Below are positions 45,550 through 47,473 of a stretch of 47,473 nucleotides of DNA, piece by piece. This DNA comes from Candidatus Aenigmatarchaeota archaeon (GTDB lineage: Archaea; Aenigmatarchaeota; Aenigmatarchaeia; CG10238-14; SCSR01). The position numbers and the translations under genes are program-made. The notes below the pieces were generated by a model. It was not told the DNA's origin and ran no database searches. It saw nothing but the letters and a program-made list of their open reading frames with translations. Numbering within the stretch: position 1 is the stretch's first letter; each line of letters begins with the position of its first letter. Location: the NCBI GenBank assembly GCA_016187405.1, contig JACPJS010000004.1, forward strand, positions 1-47,473. The letters are read 5' to 3'.

Positions 45550-46943
45550 TTATTGCTGTTGCGCTCTCCAGCTCAGATTACCGTAAAATGAAGTTGGTTT
45601 TATCAATGCATTTGATGATGAATAAATATTTTTGAGCGAGTCAAAACCTGCAGTAAACTTTGCATAATCTTCTTCTGCCGATTTGACTTTAATGTCAACC
45701 CATGATGAAGGATCGTGTATCGTGGATATTAGTGATCTCAAATTGTCATAATTGCTCGATAATCTATCAGCATTGTTGATGTATACACCACGTTCATCTT
45801 TAGATAAAGAATCAAACCTAGTGACAGGATAGACAGTTTCAACAGGTTTTGTTATTCCGAACGAGTCTGACCCCAAATCTGTTGCGGGTGAAACCCTGAA
45901 ACTTATAGCAATTGGTATTGCATCTGGAAACGTTGAAGGTATTTTAGTCAAACTATCCTTGTCGATTCTCCACAATCCCCTTTCAGGATTGACAGTACTC
46001 AATTGTATTGTATAATGCAAAACAGCAACAGCTTCTTCTTTCCCCTGTGGCGACACCTGATATAAACGTACAGAATCTATGTTAGAGACTTTACTTCCGC
46101 TTAATTTGTATAAAAGTTGCAAGAGACTCGATCCAGTATTTATCAAATCACTTCTTCTGACGCCACTGTAAACTACCAAGTCACCATTGTAAACCGGCAC
46201 ACCATTTATGACTTCTATGTAACTTTGAGAGAACGTTCCATTGAGTTTATTGTCAAATACCCAACCATAGAATCGATTGTCTCTGCCACCTATTGTTTTA
46301 TCATCGGAACTAGCCAAGTTATATCTGACAATGCTTTGCTCTACAGATAATGGATCTATAGTTCCAGTTTTTAATACATTGATTGGTTCTGGTATGTTCG
46401 CACTGAAATTCAACGAGTTAGGTCCTGAACCGATACGATAAGTACAATTTGGAGACGATGCTGTTGTCTTACAATTTTTATCTGTGATCGTAAACGTTTC
46501 ACCAGGTTTAAACTGTCCTGAAATTACTGATATTCCGGATGCATCCCCTCCCGATAATTTAGCAATCTCAAGTGAGCCACAATTAACAGTATTGTTATCT
46601 TGCGGTTTCACAGTACATTTTCCAGTTTCAAATGATATGGGGATACGGATGAATTTCTTACTCTGATACCAAGACTAAAATGACTTGTCAGCCCATAATC
46701 AACTAGACTAAATGTGAGATTTGCTGTAGGTGAAGGTATTGGCGATTGAGTGCGTGGTGCGATAATTAATGGTGTTGATGTAGGAGTAGGAGCAACAGTA
46801 CGTATTGGTGTAGGTGCAACTGTCGGTGCATTTGTTCTCACTGGAGTGTTTTGTGGTGAGGGAATTGACTGTGTAGGTGAGCATGCTACAGCACTTATTA
46901 ATACAATTTTTCCAACATCGAAAAGTCTGTCAACCAGTTTCAT
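45550..46943 (-). pseudogene. Pro/Thr-linker lipoprotein apparently split by a frameshift (ORFs 46608-46943 and 45550-46611)
   Basis: First ORF has lipobox-like VAC plus PT linker but almost no domain; second has no signal peptide and its frame is open about 60 nt upstream of its GTG. Confidence 0.5.
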
Positions 46944-46979
46944 AATCCAATTAAGACAATAAACTTTTTAAGGTTTATT

Positions 46980-47473
46980 TTATGCCGAGAATTTTATATA
47001 CGGCAGAAATTCCTTTCGAATTTTTCTAGTCGAACAGTGCAACTCTTTCGATAGTTCCAATAGTTTTTCTTTCTCTTCCTTCCTCTCAAACTTGCTTCCA
47101 CCAAGCACGATCATATTGTTCGGATATTGATATCTAGAAAATTTTCTGTACATCTCATTTTTGGATACAGCAACCCCGCCAGTCATCAAATCTATCATGT
47201 ATGCAAGGAACTTCCAGTTCTGTCTCGACCTTATCCTCTGTCTGAACATATCAGCCTTGCTCAATACATCATACGCGCGTGCAATCTCCTCTGGTTTCTC
47301 ATATTCATTCGGAATGTTGTTTTCAATCCACCAGAATATTTCCTCAGGATCCTTGTCAACGTTGTTTATCGCAAGTTTGGCTGCAAGCGCAGTTTTGGTT
47401 TTGAATATCATCATCAATGCATTGAAAATACTCTGCTCCTTCTCACGAGACGTTACAGAATCCAAGTCATTTT
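46980..47473 (-). CDS. rfcL: Replication factor C large subunit, C-terminal part (runs off the window)
   Basis: RE.E.SIF.AL..IFKT, DKDP.E...WIENNIP.EY, AY..LSKAD.F..RI..RQ.W..L.Y, HCSTRK. Confidence 0.9.
   Translation of the reverse strand, partial: NDLDSVTSREKEQSIFNALMMIFKTKTALAAKLAINNVDKDPEEIFWWIENNIPNEYEKPEEIARAYDVLSKADMFRQRIRSRQNWKFLAYMIDLMTGGVAVSKNEMYRKFSRYQYPNNMIVLGGSKFERKEEKEKLLELSKELHCSTRKIRKEFLPYIKFSA

Noticed and set aside
1-47473. CRISPR array, IS element, integrase, reverse transcriptase/DGR, rRNA
   Set aside because: No regularly spaced repeats or recognisable motifs found by eye; the tRNAs show no obvious duplicated 3' ends (att sites) within the window.

Overview
Archaeal chromosomal segment. 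The gene set (TBP, MCM, RPA-like, RFC-L, aIF-2beta, Dph2, NreA, FtsZ2, GatCAB, AspRS, RNase HII, Sec61beta), intron-containing tRNAs, TATA-box leaderless genes and many orphans suggest a DPANN-type genome, possibly Aenigmarchaeota-like; the lineage is inferred. Features missing from the ORF track: an RNase P RNA (7540-7793), tRNA-Val(GAC), tRNA-Ser(GCT) with a non-canonical 29/30 intron, tRNA-Asn(GTT) with a 37/38 intron, secG/Sec61beta and three candidate micro-ORFs. The most unusual locus is 14574-18814. There a split family-B polymerase derivative (intact proofreading exonuclease, degenerate polymerase motifs, C-terminal PIP-like box) shares one divergent promoter with an unknown gene and a Cys4-capped PD-(D/E)xK nuclease. 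The last ~8 kb is a surface-protein island with Cys-rich proteins, an LPEYG C-terminal anchor, degenerate M23 domains and Pro/Thr-linker lipoproteins. No CRISPR array, transposase or integrase was seen. Several strands in the supplied ORF track are wrong and are corrected here. All family calls come from motif recognition by eye, not database searches.
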